From positions 31,620,001 to 31,684,000 of the forward strand of contig OZ024744.1 in the NCBI GenBank assembly GCA_964016885.1: a stretch of 64,000 bases of DNA, given 5' to 3'. Source of the DNA: Eledone cirrhosa (taxonomy: Eukaryota). The notes below the pieces were generated by a model, which worked only from the letters and a program-made list of their open reading frames with translations, did not search any database and was not told the origin of the DNA. A program made the position numbers and the translations under genes. Positions 27,498 to 38,027 of the stretch are shown piece by piece; position 1 is the first letter of the stretch, and every line of letters starts with the position of its first letter.

Positions 27498-30400
27498 ATG
27501 GCCATATTAAGAGTAGGAAGTTTAAATGTTCGCGGCCTCGGGTCACCCTGGAAGCAGGGTCGCCTGCTCAACGACCTCCGGTCGCTGGAAATGGATGTGA
27601 TTGCCGTAAGCGAGACCAGAATTTCCGACACGCGTGCACTAGCCCCCATTTCGACGACTATCAGATCTTCGCATCTGTTAGCAGGCCGGGAATGGGGGTG
27701 GGGTGGCAATGCTGTTTAGGAAAGGACTGGATCTCGAGGTAAGGTCGATCTTCCGGGAACCGGACGGTAAGTTGGTGGTCTTGGATGTGAGCAGTAGTGA
27801 AGGTGGTGCCTTTAGACTGCTGGCCGCCTACGCCCCTACAGGGGCCGGACGACCTGACTTCTTTAGGCGCCTGGAGACCTTTCTGGGTACGTCTCGCCCT
27901 TTACTGTTAGCGGGGGACTGGAATGGCATCTTAGACGCACGCTGGGATTGTGTGGGAGTAGCCGATAGGAGCGGGGGGTGCAAAAGCCTCAAGCACCTAC
28001 TCAGCCAGTTCCAACTGTCTGACAGGTATCGACTAGATTTCCCCAATGTGCCAGTATGGACATGGACCAACCGAATGGGGTCATCTAGATCGTATATAGA
28101 CAGAATCTTCATTAGGAAAATAGATAGAAATAGTGTGGGCTGTCCACTTTTTAAAACGGTCGCCTATTCAGATCACAAATTTGTGATCTGTACGGTCGAC
28201 CTAAATAAAACGCGTAGGTTAGGACCGGGTTACTGGAAGCTGAACATGTCATTTCCGGCACGTGAGGCTTACAGGGACCGAGTCAATAAGTTAGTTAAGG
28301 GGGGATCATCAACAACAGATGGTGGGGGCTCTCAAAAGAGAGATTAGAGTAACTTCGATAGAGTTCAGCAAAGAACTAGCGTTAGAGAAAAATAGAAAGG
28401 AGGGGAGCTGGTAGATAAGTTAGACGAGGCTATTTGTAGTGGCATCGCAACTGACGTGCTAGCGGCGAGAATGGCATTAGACCATTTCTTCAATGCCAAA
28501 CACGAAGGTTGCATTGTCAGAGCTAAGGCGCGTGCGCTGAGAAACGAGGGAACTAAAGCTGTTCGATGGGCCCGCGTGGCGGAGGCGCAGCGTGGTAATA
28601 AAACCACAATTCGGTCTTTGGCGGACCGAGACGGACACGAGATAAGCGATTCCAAGCGGATGTGTGAGGCCTTTCGCCAGCACTTTGCTCGGTTGTTCGG
28701 GAAGAGTGGCGGGTCAGAGAGAGTAGCGGATTTCAGTCCCTACCTTGACGGCTTGCCGCGCATCTCGACGGTCGACGCTGAGCGCTGCGAAAGGCCGATT
28801 ACTTCAGCCGAAATTCAGGACGCCCTTGTCGGCTGCATGAGGCGCAAGTCACCAGGCTTGGATAGCCTGCCCTACGAGCTTTACGTAAATATGCCAGACT
28901 TGTTCTCCGAACTCCTTGAAGCACTCTACTGTAACTGGCAGCAGAATGGGAGTATTCCCAGTTCTGTGAGCAGGGGAGTGGTGACGCTGATAAGGAAAGA
29001 CGAGAACAAGAGGGATACATTAAACAACTTCAGGCCCATAACTCTGCTCAACACAGAGTTTAAGATTTTGGCCAAGGTGTTAGCAAAGAGATGCGCTTGT
29101 CGTCGGGGATTTGGTTGGGGAGGCGCAAACTTGCGCAATCCCAGCCAGGTCCATACACGACAATCTCCACCTAATGCGATACATCATAGAGAGGGTAGGG
29201 TGTAAACCTGGCTTCGGTGGGGCACTGATCAATTTAGATCAATCGAAAGCATTCGATAGGGTCGACCATCGGTATCTCGAGTTTGTCCTCAAAGCAGCTG
29301 GCTTCGGCCCTGTCTTTAGAAGCTGGATCGTTGCAATGCACAGCGGCACACGCTCGGTGGTCAAAGTTAATGGCCACCTCTCGGAACCATTTCGGCTCTC
29401 CCGATCGGTCCGTCAAGGGTGCCCTCTCTCTTCCCTTCTGTACGTATTGACTCTCGAGCCTTTACTGCGGAAGCTGGAGCTGTTGCAGGGCATCCCGCTC
29501 GAACCGGGACGTGGAAAGGCGGTGTCGGCTTATGCGGGCGACATCACCGTGATGGTGTCGAACACCTCAGAAATCGAGGTGGTCGGCGCCTTATTGAAAG
29601 AATATGAAAGGTTGACAGGAGCCAAACTTAACCCGGAAAAGTCGGTGGGCTTGCAGCTCGGAACCTGGAGAGGCAAGCCCATGCCGTCCAACAGCGTCGT
29701 GGGGCGCTGGACGGACGGACCAGTAAAGTTGCTCGGGGTTTGGTTCGGACCAGACCTCCAGGTGGAAAAGAATTGGGACGAGGTAACGAGCAGAGTAGCC
29801 AGTCTCACCCAAAAATGGGCTGGGAGGAAGCTATCACTGAAAGGTCGCGCGGAGGTGGCGAATGCGTACATCGCGTCCGTCATCTATTACCGCCTAACCG
29901 TCGTGCCTTGCCCCCGTCCGCGCCTCGTCAAGTTGGAACGGCTCCTCTTCAAATTCTTGTGGAGGGGACAAGTTCCGTTGGTGAGGCGGTCCATCTGCTG
30001 CCAGCACCCTCAACACGGAGGGCTGGGCATGCCGTGGCTAATGATGCGCAGACATGCGTCGAGGCTGCGACATCTCCAGATATTCTGCCTCAATGGTGAA
30101 CAGGTGTGGTCGCCGTTTATCAGACGGGCCTTTCCGCAGCTCATTTCTTTGACTGAGCTGCAGTCCTGGGTCAAGAAGAGACCGAGACTGGGTGACTGGC
30201 ACCTGGAATGTTGCCAGGCACTCACTGCCCTCTACCAAGCGGGCAATGCGATCAGTGGAACTTCCACTCTCGAGTTTTATAGAGGATTAGTGGTGGGCAA
30301 GTGCGATGACGCACTCGGAGAAGCTTTGGGCCTCGACGAAGTCGAACTGACCAGTCTGTACCGGAGGACTTTTGAGCCGGGGACGATGGACAATTTCCAG

Positions 30401-30901
30401 AAATCCCTCGCTTGGCAGTGCTACCGGGGGGCACTGCCGGTTCGGGATAAACTCTACAGGCACGGAAGTGCTGTCAGACGGACCTGCCCAAGATGCGCAC
30501 AGAACGACGAAACCGTTCTGCACGCACTTGTCCAATGTCCGTGCATTACTGACTTGTGGAGTTATGTCGAACAGCTACTGTCGCGTGTGGAACGAATCCA
30601 GTTATCGGCCGAGTCCATAGTGAAGATCGAGCCGCCACCTTCCTTAGGTCAGGAAGAGCAGGACATTTTCCTCTGTCTGGTGGCAGTTGCGAAAGAGATT
30701 ATATGGTGGACCAGGTTGAAAGGACTAAAGACAGACACTTTTCTCTTCGGCCAATCCCTCATCAACTTCTTCAAGTTTCACCTGGAAAGGAGGGTGAGGG
30801 TGGAGAGAGAAGTGCTGCCCCCCAGTACATTTGCTAAAAGGTGGGTGAATGTGGCAAGAATGGCTCGTGTGAATGGGCCTACTCTGACCATGCGCCTATA
30901 G
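27498..30901 (+). pseudogene. Copy B ORF2 (APE-RT-zinc finger), frameshifted, YADD changed to YAGD
   Basis: ORF pieces at 27498, 27703, 28456 and 29111-30901 are collinear with the intact ORF2 of copy C. Confidence 0.9.
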
Positions 30902-31179
30902 GCTAGCTAACTTGAGGAGAGGGGTGCTCTCCTGGGTGCCCTAGAAGCGCAGGGTGGTTCAGGATTGGTGGGGTACCCGAATCACCCCAGGGTCGTCCAC
31001 CTCCTATCGGGGAATTTATTTTGTTATATTTTGCATAGTTTATTTTATATTTTATATTTTCATTGTTAAATTAGTCTTGCCATTGTGCACTTTTACTCGA
31101 CCTTATTGTAAACCCCCACTGTCCCTGTCTTTGTATTGTCCCCTACATGTCGGCCCTTGTGGCTAATAAATGAAATAAT

Positions 31180-31350
31180 TGTTTCTACTTTTGGCACAAG
31201 GCCAGCAATTACCCAGTGCATTACTGGTACTTTATTTTATCGACCCCGTAAGGATGAAAGGCAAAGTCAACCTCGGCGGGATTTGAACTCAGATCGTAAA
31301 GGGACGTAACTATGCTGGAAAGCATGGCGTCCGACCCTCTACCGATACTG
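31180..31350 (-). mobile_element. SINE inserted antisense into the tail of copy B, with a 10-bp TSD
   Basis: ATGAAATAAT at 31170-31179 and 31351-31360 flanks the reverse-complement SINE. Confidence 0.85.
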
Positions 31351-31376
31351 ATGAAATAATAATAATAATAATAATA

Positions 31377-31411
<35 letters not shown>

Positions 31412-31720
31412 AGTTGCATTTATCTTGCTTTATGTTCATACGAGTTATCACCAAGTCACAACCAGTGACTTCAAGAGACAACAAGGTTCGCCATGTTCAA
31501 GAAAGAACATACATACTCACACATGCATCCTTAGTGTTTAGACTTGTGATGTACTTATATTGACAGGATCTTCCTTAGTATATGGGCAGTTCCCATTAGT
31601 ACTATCTTTTGTATTTCTCCTATACGCGGGTTTCCTGGGATTTGCGATAAGTAATCATTAGACCCCTTAGGTATCATTCCCAGAGCGCCTACAACCACTG
31701 GTATTGTTTTAGTTTATTAT

Positions 31721-31902
31721 CGGTGGATTGGCAGTATCGGTAGAGGGTCGGACGCCATGCTTTCCAGCATAGTTACGTCCCTTTACGATCTGAGTTCAAA
31801 TCCCGCCGAGGTTGACTTTGCCTGTCATCCTTACGGGGTCGATAAAATAAAGTACCAGTAATGTACTGGTTAATTGCTGGCCTTGTGCCTAAAGTAGAAA
31901 CA

Positions 31903-31953
<51 letters not shown>
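31721..31953 (+). mobile_element. Near full-length tRNA-derived SINE (central part resembles the Deu/Nin domain) with (ATT)n tail
   Basis: A box TGGCAGTATCGG, B box GAGTTCAAATCC, TCATCCTTACGGGGTCGATAAAATAAAGTACCAG, long (ATT)n tail. Confidence 0.85.
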
Positions 31954-32169
31954 GAATGCTATGGTTGACGGAGGCTCGGCTCTGTAAGGTATTGTAAATT
32001 TTGAACGCTATAACAATTGTAAATTGTTTAAAACTTTAACGAACTTGTAGACAAAAACACCCTCCTCCTCGTGAGAGGGGTCTTTCTGCCCGTTATTTGG
32101 CCCTTCGGGGTTAAATAACTGCTTATTGGGGTTTTGTGCCCAATATTTATTTAAAAAAAAAATAACAAC

Positions 32170-34267
32170 ATGGCTACGAAAAAGAATTTTCATAGGTCAC
32201 TCCCACTCATTCCGTCTTCTTCTTCCTCAATCATCACTACAGCAGAGAAGATTGTCTCTCTCCCTCCCTTCTTTAAATGTGTCTCTCTCCCTCCCTTCTC
32301 TTTCGCAAGCGACGAAAGAAAAGAAAAGTCTCGTGCAAAGTGTGCAAGATTTCTCCACGACGACGACGACAACGACGAAACAGGTATGCGGGAAATACGA
32401 AAACCCATTTCATTCGTCTGACGTCAGGAATAATAGCAGTAGCAGCCGTAATAACAACAGCAACAGTGACAATGAAAACAACAGTAGCAGCCGCAACAGC
32501 ATCACCAGCAGCATAAACAACAACAGCATTAGCAGCAGCAACATCAACAACAACCACAGCAACAGCGGCGGAGGCAGTAGTCGTAGTACCTGCAGCAACA
32601 ACAAAAGTAACAGCAGCTCTGACGACAACAACAACAGCAGCAAAGAAAAAACAATCTCATTTGCAGGTATTGCGAAGAACCTGGAAACAATCCTCATAAC
32701 AAATGAGGAATTAGAGGAAGCGAAGAAGATGGTGATAAAGACCGGACACCGAGCAATCTGCAAGGCAGCGGAAACATTTTTCGAAACCCAACAGCACTGT
32801 ACGGTCACGTACCGTACAGTAAGTACAAAATCCCGTAGGGTTGAAAGAGCCACAGAGGCTCAAATACAAAAAGCCTTGGGGGTCTGTGTGGCAGCGGAAA
32901 ACGCACATCACCCGAGGCAAAAAATATGCCACCGTAGACGTACTTTTTGCCACACCCCAGGAGGCAAAGGCTCAATCCGTAGGGACCCTAAGGAGCGAGG
33001 AAATAGTGTTGGTGCCCTCCTACTGCGAGCAAAAAATTGTGAGGGTCAAACTGACCCACGTTCCCCCCGGGATGACCCCTCTTGGCTGGCCGCGTCTGTC
33101 CTCGTCGGAATCGAGGACAAAACAACTGTACTGCAAGTACAGAAAAAAGTAAGAGAAGATTGGGTCGGCACCTCCATTGAGATGCTAATCCAAACCAACC
33201 AGGAGTGCATCGAAGCTATCCCGGATGTGATAGACTTCGATAACGGCACTCAACTGCCCATAAGTGTTGAGGGCAAACGCCCGAAATGCTTTCGCTGTGG
33301 ATTGAAGACTCACCTCAGGGCCTTCTGCAACGAGAAGACCCTGAGAAAGGAGAAAACCCCCATCCTTCCGAAACCGGCTCCACCGCTACCAGCAACAGGA
33401 CAAGCGGCAACCAGGAACGATAGGTCCGTCGCACCCATACCCACGCCACGGAAATCAAAAACAGCAATAGCAGTGGAAATATTAACAACAACAACAGCAA
33501 TACCAAATGCAGCTACAACAGAGACTCCAGTGCAAACATCACCAACAACAACAAGTGAAAGAGTGGAGCTGGTACCCCTCCCCGACCTCACAGAATCAGA
33601 CATGGAGTGTGCGGTGGGAGAGGGATGGCAAAAGGTCGTAAGAAGGCACAAACGCAGAAGCAGCGCATCGTCGCCTTTGAAAAGGGAGGAAAGAAATGAG
33701 AAAAGGGTAAAGTCTACTGCAAAGAGACTCACAGCAGCAACACCACCAACACCATCACCACCCACACTAGCACCACCATCACCACCGGCGACAACCCCAC
33801 CGCCAACAACACCTTCAACACCACCACCACAAGCACCAACATCGCAAACACAACAACAAAACACACACACCCAGCAACAACGACAAGAAAATAGCAGAAC
33901 CACACCCCACCCCCAGAAAAACAAATGCACGGCAATAAATACACACAACAAGAAACTAATGACTTACATAATTGAACACACAGACATTTCACAACAGGAC
34001 TACATAATACCAGCACCAATCAAAACGCCAACTAACATAAGACTGCTAAAAATAGCACAGAAACAATACACAAATATTAAAACGAAATTCCCCAACGCAG
34101 TTGGTGATTTCAGGGACCTAGGAGGAACCATCAATCGAAGAGTATACTCAGACATTCTCTTAGAAGAGCCGACGACCAGCCGAAGGGACGATTCAACGGT
34201 CCCTTCACCAGACGATCAAGTGAAAAGGGATGTAAAAACCATCCCTCCTCTACCAAAAGTACGGTAA
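32170..34267 (+). CDS. Copy C ORF1, nucleic-acid-binding protein (RRM-like region and CCHC knuckle); apparent small indels
   Basis: CFRCGLKTHLRAFC (CX2CX4HX4C). The homologous segment RKTHITRGKKYATVDVLF...VPSYC is in another frame between ~32880 and ~33068; the likely ATG at 32170 is also out of frame with the 713-aa ORF. Confidence 0.7.
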
Positions 34268-34302
34268 GTGGTCTTTCCCATCTTTTCCACTCTATTTTAA
34301 AC

Positions 34303-37300
34303 ATGACCTCACTCAGAATAGGCAGCATAAATGCGCGTGGCTTGGGGTCGTCATGGAAGCAGGGTCACCTGCTCAACGACCTCAGGTCACTAAACATAGA
34401 TGTAGTGGCCATCAGCGAGACCAGAATCTCCGAAGCACGGGCCTTCGCACCGATCTTCGGCGGCTTCGATGTGTACGCATCTCCCAGCCGTCCTGGATCC
34501 GGTGGAGGAGTTGCTGTGCTTTTTCGGAGAGGTTTGGATCTCGCCATACGGGCCATCTTCCTGGACCCAGAGGGTAAGCTGGTGGTGCTGGACGTGACCA
34601 GCGGAGACGGGCAAGCTTTCAGGCTAGTGGCCGTCTATGCCCCGACAGGAGCAGGGCGGCCTGATTTCTTCCGGCGTCTGGAGACCTTTCTTGGAACGTC
34701 CCGCTCTTTAGTGTTAGTGGGCGACTGGAACGGGATCTTAGATGCACGCTGGGACTGTGTGGGATTAGCGGATAGGGGTGGAGGGTGCAAGAGCCTCACC
34801 AACCTGCTCAGGCGTTTTGAACTGTCTGACAGGTACCGATTGGATTTCCCGAATGTGCCAATGTGGACTTGGACAAACCGCATAGGGTCATCCAGATCAT
34901 ATCTAGATAGAGTATTTTGTAGGGAAATAGATAGGTCTAGCATAGGCTGTCCACAATTCAAGATAGTCAGCTACACGGACCACAAATTCGTGATCTGTGT
35001 GCTTGACTTAGATAGGCTTCATAGACGAGGACCCGGCTACTGGAAGCTAAACGCGTCCTTTCCAGCGCGCAAGGCCTACAGAGACCGGATTAGCGAACTA
35101 GTTAAGCGGGCATTGACGGGGGCCATCGTCAACAACAAGTGGTGGTTTGCTCTGAAAAGAGCGATTAGAATAGAATCGATTAGGTTTAGTAAGGCTTTAG
35201 CAATAGAGAAAAATAGAGCAGAGGGAGAACTAGTTAGAAAATTAGACGAGGCGCTTAGCAAAGGCATTGCGACCGACGTGCTTGCGGCGAAATTGGCCCT
35301 TGACCAATTCTTCAATGCAAAGCACGAAGGCTGCGTTGTCAGAGCAAGGGTGCGTGCTCTCAGACACGAGGGGACGAAAGCCGTGCAATGGGCCCGAGTG
35401 GCGGAGGCGCGTCGTGGCAACAAAGCCACGATCCGGTCTTTGGTGGACCACGACGGGCGCATGCTACTCGATCCCGGGCAAATGTGTGAAGCTTTTCAGC
35501 GACACTTCGCTCAGCTGTTCGGGGGCAGCGGTGGGCCGGGTAGAGGGATGGACTTTAGTGTCTACCTCGACGGACTGCCGCGGCTCTCGGCCACTGAGGC
35601 GAAGTGTTGCGAAAAGCCGATAACAGCCGCTGAAGTAAGGGAGGCAATGACTGGCTGCACAAGGGGTAAATCGCCTGGTTTGGATGGTCTGCCCTATGAA
35701 CTTTACGTACAGATGCCAGACTTGTTCGGAGGCCTCTTGGCGGACGTCTACTGCAACTGGCAACAGAACGGGAGAATTCCCAGTTCTGTGAGCCGAGGAG
35801 CGGTGGCACTGCTGAGAAAGGATCCGAACAAGGGGGATAACATAGAAAATTTCCGGCCCATAACTCTGCTAAACACAGAGTTTAAGATTTTGGCCAAGGT
35901 GCTAGCAAAGAGGTTGGCGCTTGTCGTTGGTGGTCTGGTGGGAGAGGCGCAGACATGCGCCATTCCCGACAGATCCATCCACGACAACCTCCACCTCATG
36001 CGATACATCGTAGAGAGGGTAGCTAGGGAACCTGGCACGGGTGGGTCCTTGATCAATTTAGATCAGTCGAAAGCTTTCGATAGGGTCGACCATCGTTACC
36101 TAGCGGCAGTCCTGAGGGCGGCTGGCTTTGGGCCCGTCTTCAGAGGCTGGATCGCTGCCATGCACAGCGACATCTGCTCTGTGGTGAGAGTGAACGGTCA
36201 CCTGTCTGAACCGTTCAACATCATGCGCTCGGTCCGCCAAGGATGTCCCCTCTCGTCCCTCTTGTACGTATTGACGCTCGAGCCATTACTGCACAAACTG
36301 GAGACGTTGAGGGGAGTCCCGCGCGAACTAGGATGCGGAAGATCCGTGTCAGCATATGCGGACGATGTCACCGTAGTGGTGTCGAACGCCAAACACATCG
36401 AGGCGATCGGCACTACACTAAGAGAATACGAAGCGGTGACAGGAGCAATGATCAACCAGGAAAAGTCAGTGGGCCTGCAGCTCGGCACCTGGAGAGGCAG
36501 GTCCATGCCGTCCAACAGCGTCGTCGGGCGCTGGACGGACGGACCGGTTAAATTGCTAGGGGTCTGGTTCGGTCCGGACCTCCAGACGGACAAAAACTGG
36601 GACGAGGTGACGAGCAGGGTGGCTTCTCTCACCCAGAAATGGGCGGAGAGGAAGCTATCCCTGAAAGGTCGAGCGGAGGTGGCTAACGCGTACATCGCGT
36701 CTGTCATCTGCTACCGCCTAACCGTCGTACCTTGTCCTAAGCCTCGCCTGACTGCGCTGGAGCGTTTGCTCTTTCGCTTTTTGTGGAAGGGACGTGCTCC
36801 GATGGTCAGGCGGTCCATCTGTTGTCAACACCCGCTACGTGGAGGGCTGGGCATGCCGTGGCTGATGATGCGCAGGCACGCGCTCAGGCTACGACATCTC
36901 CACCTCTTCCTCGACGGTGATCAGGTGTGGTCGCCGTTTGCTAGACGCGTTTTTCCCCAGCTCGTTTCCTTGACGGAGCTGCAGTCCTGGGTCAAGCGAA
37001 GACCGAGAGGGAGCGCCTGGAGACTGGAATGTCTTCAGGCGCTCACAGCCCTCGACCAATCGGGCAATGTGATCGGTGGAAACTCCACCTCGGCGTTCTA
37101 TAGAGGATTAGTGGAGGGGAAGAGCGACGACGTACTTGGGGAAACTCTAGGCGTCGACGAAAATCAACTAGCCAATCTCTTCGGAAGAACTTTCGGGCCG
37201 GGGCCTATGGACAACTTCCAGAAATCTCTGGCCTGGCAGTGCTACCGAGGAGCCTTGCCAGTTCGGGATAAACTCTACAGGCATGGAGGTGCCGTCAGCC

Positions 37301-37722
37301 GGGCATGTCCGAGATGCGCGCAGGGCGACGAAACCGTCCTGCACGCACTCGTCCAGTGTCCGAAAATTGCTGACTTGTGGGTTTATGTCGAACACCTGCT
37401 GTCGCGTTTAGGACGGATCCGGCTATCATCTGAGTCCATCGTGAGGATTGCCCCGCCCTCCTCCTTTAGCCGGGAAGGGCAGGCAGTTTTTATCTGCCTG
37501 GTGGCCATGGTGAAAGAGATAGTATGGTGGACACGTTTGAAAGGGCTGAAGACGAGCACTTACCTCTTCGGTGATGCTCTGATTGACTTTTTCAAATTTC
37601 ATTTGAAAAGGAAAATCAGAGTAGAGAGGGAAGTGCTCTCTTCCCAGCATTTTGTTGAAAGATGGGTGAGAGAAGCAAGAATGGCCCGAGTGAATGGGCC
37701 TACTCTGAGTATATATCTGTAA
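34303..37722 (+). CDS. Copy C ORF2: intact 1139-aa APE endonuclease, reverse transcriptase and C-terminal zinc finger (Tx1/L1 clade)
   Basis: INARGL, ISET, VYAP, GDWN, YLDR, TDH (APE); KSPGLDG, RPITLLN, DQSKAFD, RQGCPLS, YADD, LLGV (RT); CPRC...H...C. Confidence 0.95.
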   Translation: MTSLRIGSINARGLGSSWKQGHLLNDLRSLNIDVVAISETRISEARAFAPIFGGFDVYASPSRPGSGGGVAVLFRRGLDLAIRAIFLDPEGKLVVLDVTSGDGQAFRLVAVYAPTGAGRPDFFRRLETFLGTSRSLVLVGDWNGILDARWDCVGLADRGGGCKSLTNLLRRFELSDRYRLDFPNVPMWTWTNRIGSSRSYLDRVFCREIDRSSIGCPQFKIVSYTDHKFVICVLDLDRLHRRGPGYWKLNASFPARKAYRDRISELVKRALTGAIVNNKWWFALKRAIRIESIRFSKALAIEKNRAEGELVRKLDEALSKGIATDVLAAKLALDQFFNAKHEGCVVRARVRALRHEGTKAVQWARVAEARRGNKATIRSLVDHDGRMLLDPGQMCEAFQRHFAQLFGGSGGPGRGMDFSVYLDGLPRLSATEAKCCEKPITAAEVREAMTGCTRGKSPGLDGLPYELYVQMPDLFGGLLADVYCNWQQNGRIPSSVSRGAVALLRKDPNKGDNIENFRPITLLNTEFKILAKVLAKRLALVVGGLVGEAQTCAIPDRSIHDNLHLMRYIVERVAREPGTGGSLINLDQSKAFDRVDHRYLAAVLRAAGFGPVFRGWIAAMHSDICSVVRVNGHLSEPFNIMRSVRQGCPLSSLLYVLTLEPLLHKLETLRGVPRELGCGRSVSAYADDVTVVVSNAKHIEAIGTTLREYEAVTGAMINQEKSVGLQLGTWRGRSMPSNSVVGRWTDGPVKLLGVWFGPDLQTDKNWDEVTSRVASLTQKWAERKLSLKGRAEVANAYIASVICYRLTVVPCPKPRLTALERLLFRFLWKGRAPMVRRSICCQHPLRGGLGMPWLMMRRHALRLRHLHLFLDGDQVWSPFARRVFPQLVSLTELQSWVKRRPRGSAWRLECLQALTALDQSGNVIGGNSTSAFYRGLVEGKSDDVLGETLGVDENQLANLFGRTFGPGPMDNFQKSLAWQCYRGALPVRDKLYRHGGAVSRACPRCAQGDETVLHALVQCPKIADLWVYVEHLLSRLGRIRLSSESIVRIAPPSSFSREGQAVFICLVAMVKEIVWWTRLKGLKTSTYLFGDALIDFFKFHLKRKIRVEREVLSSQHFVERWVREARMARVNGPTLSIYL

Positions 37723-37982
37723 ATTAAAGGTGGAAAACTGGGAGAGGGCACTTGCCTTGGTGGTCAGGGTCATTGTGGCTTTTTACTGGGCTTTCACCAC
37801 AAATGTCCCTCCGAAGTCTCCCCCCTATTGGGGAATTTTTCATTGTTATTTTCATTGTTATTTTTGTTACATCCTCTGTTTTTGTTTTTTTTACACGCAG
37901 AAATGCCCATTTGTACCGTCCTGCATTGTCCTGCACTGTCCTTAATGTCTACTTTATGTAAACCCTTGTGGTTAATAAAGAA

Positions 37983-38027
<45 letters not shown>

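Larger units (their letters stand above)
25280..31179 (+). mobile_element. Tx1-like LINE copy B, full-length, distinct subfamily
   Basis: Starts right after the SINE (ATT)n tail; two ORFs; 3' end GGCCCTTGTGGCTAATAAATGAAAT. Confidence 0.9.
31954..37983 (+). mobile_element. Tx1-like LINE copy C, full-length and young
   Basis: (ATT)n on both sides; ORF1 plus intact ORF2; 3' end AACCCTTGTGGTTAATAAAGAA. Confidence 0.95.

Noticed and set aside
34303-37722. Bacterial RT system (retron, DGR, group II intron)
   Set aside because: An N-terminal APE domain, a CCHC ORF1 and an AATAAA plus simple-repeat tail define a eukaryotic non-LTR retrotransposon.
34365-37773. Minus-strand ORFs repeated in several LINE copies (candidate antisense ORF0)
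   Set aside because: They are shadows of the conserved sense ORF2 in closely related copies and have no independent motifs.
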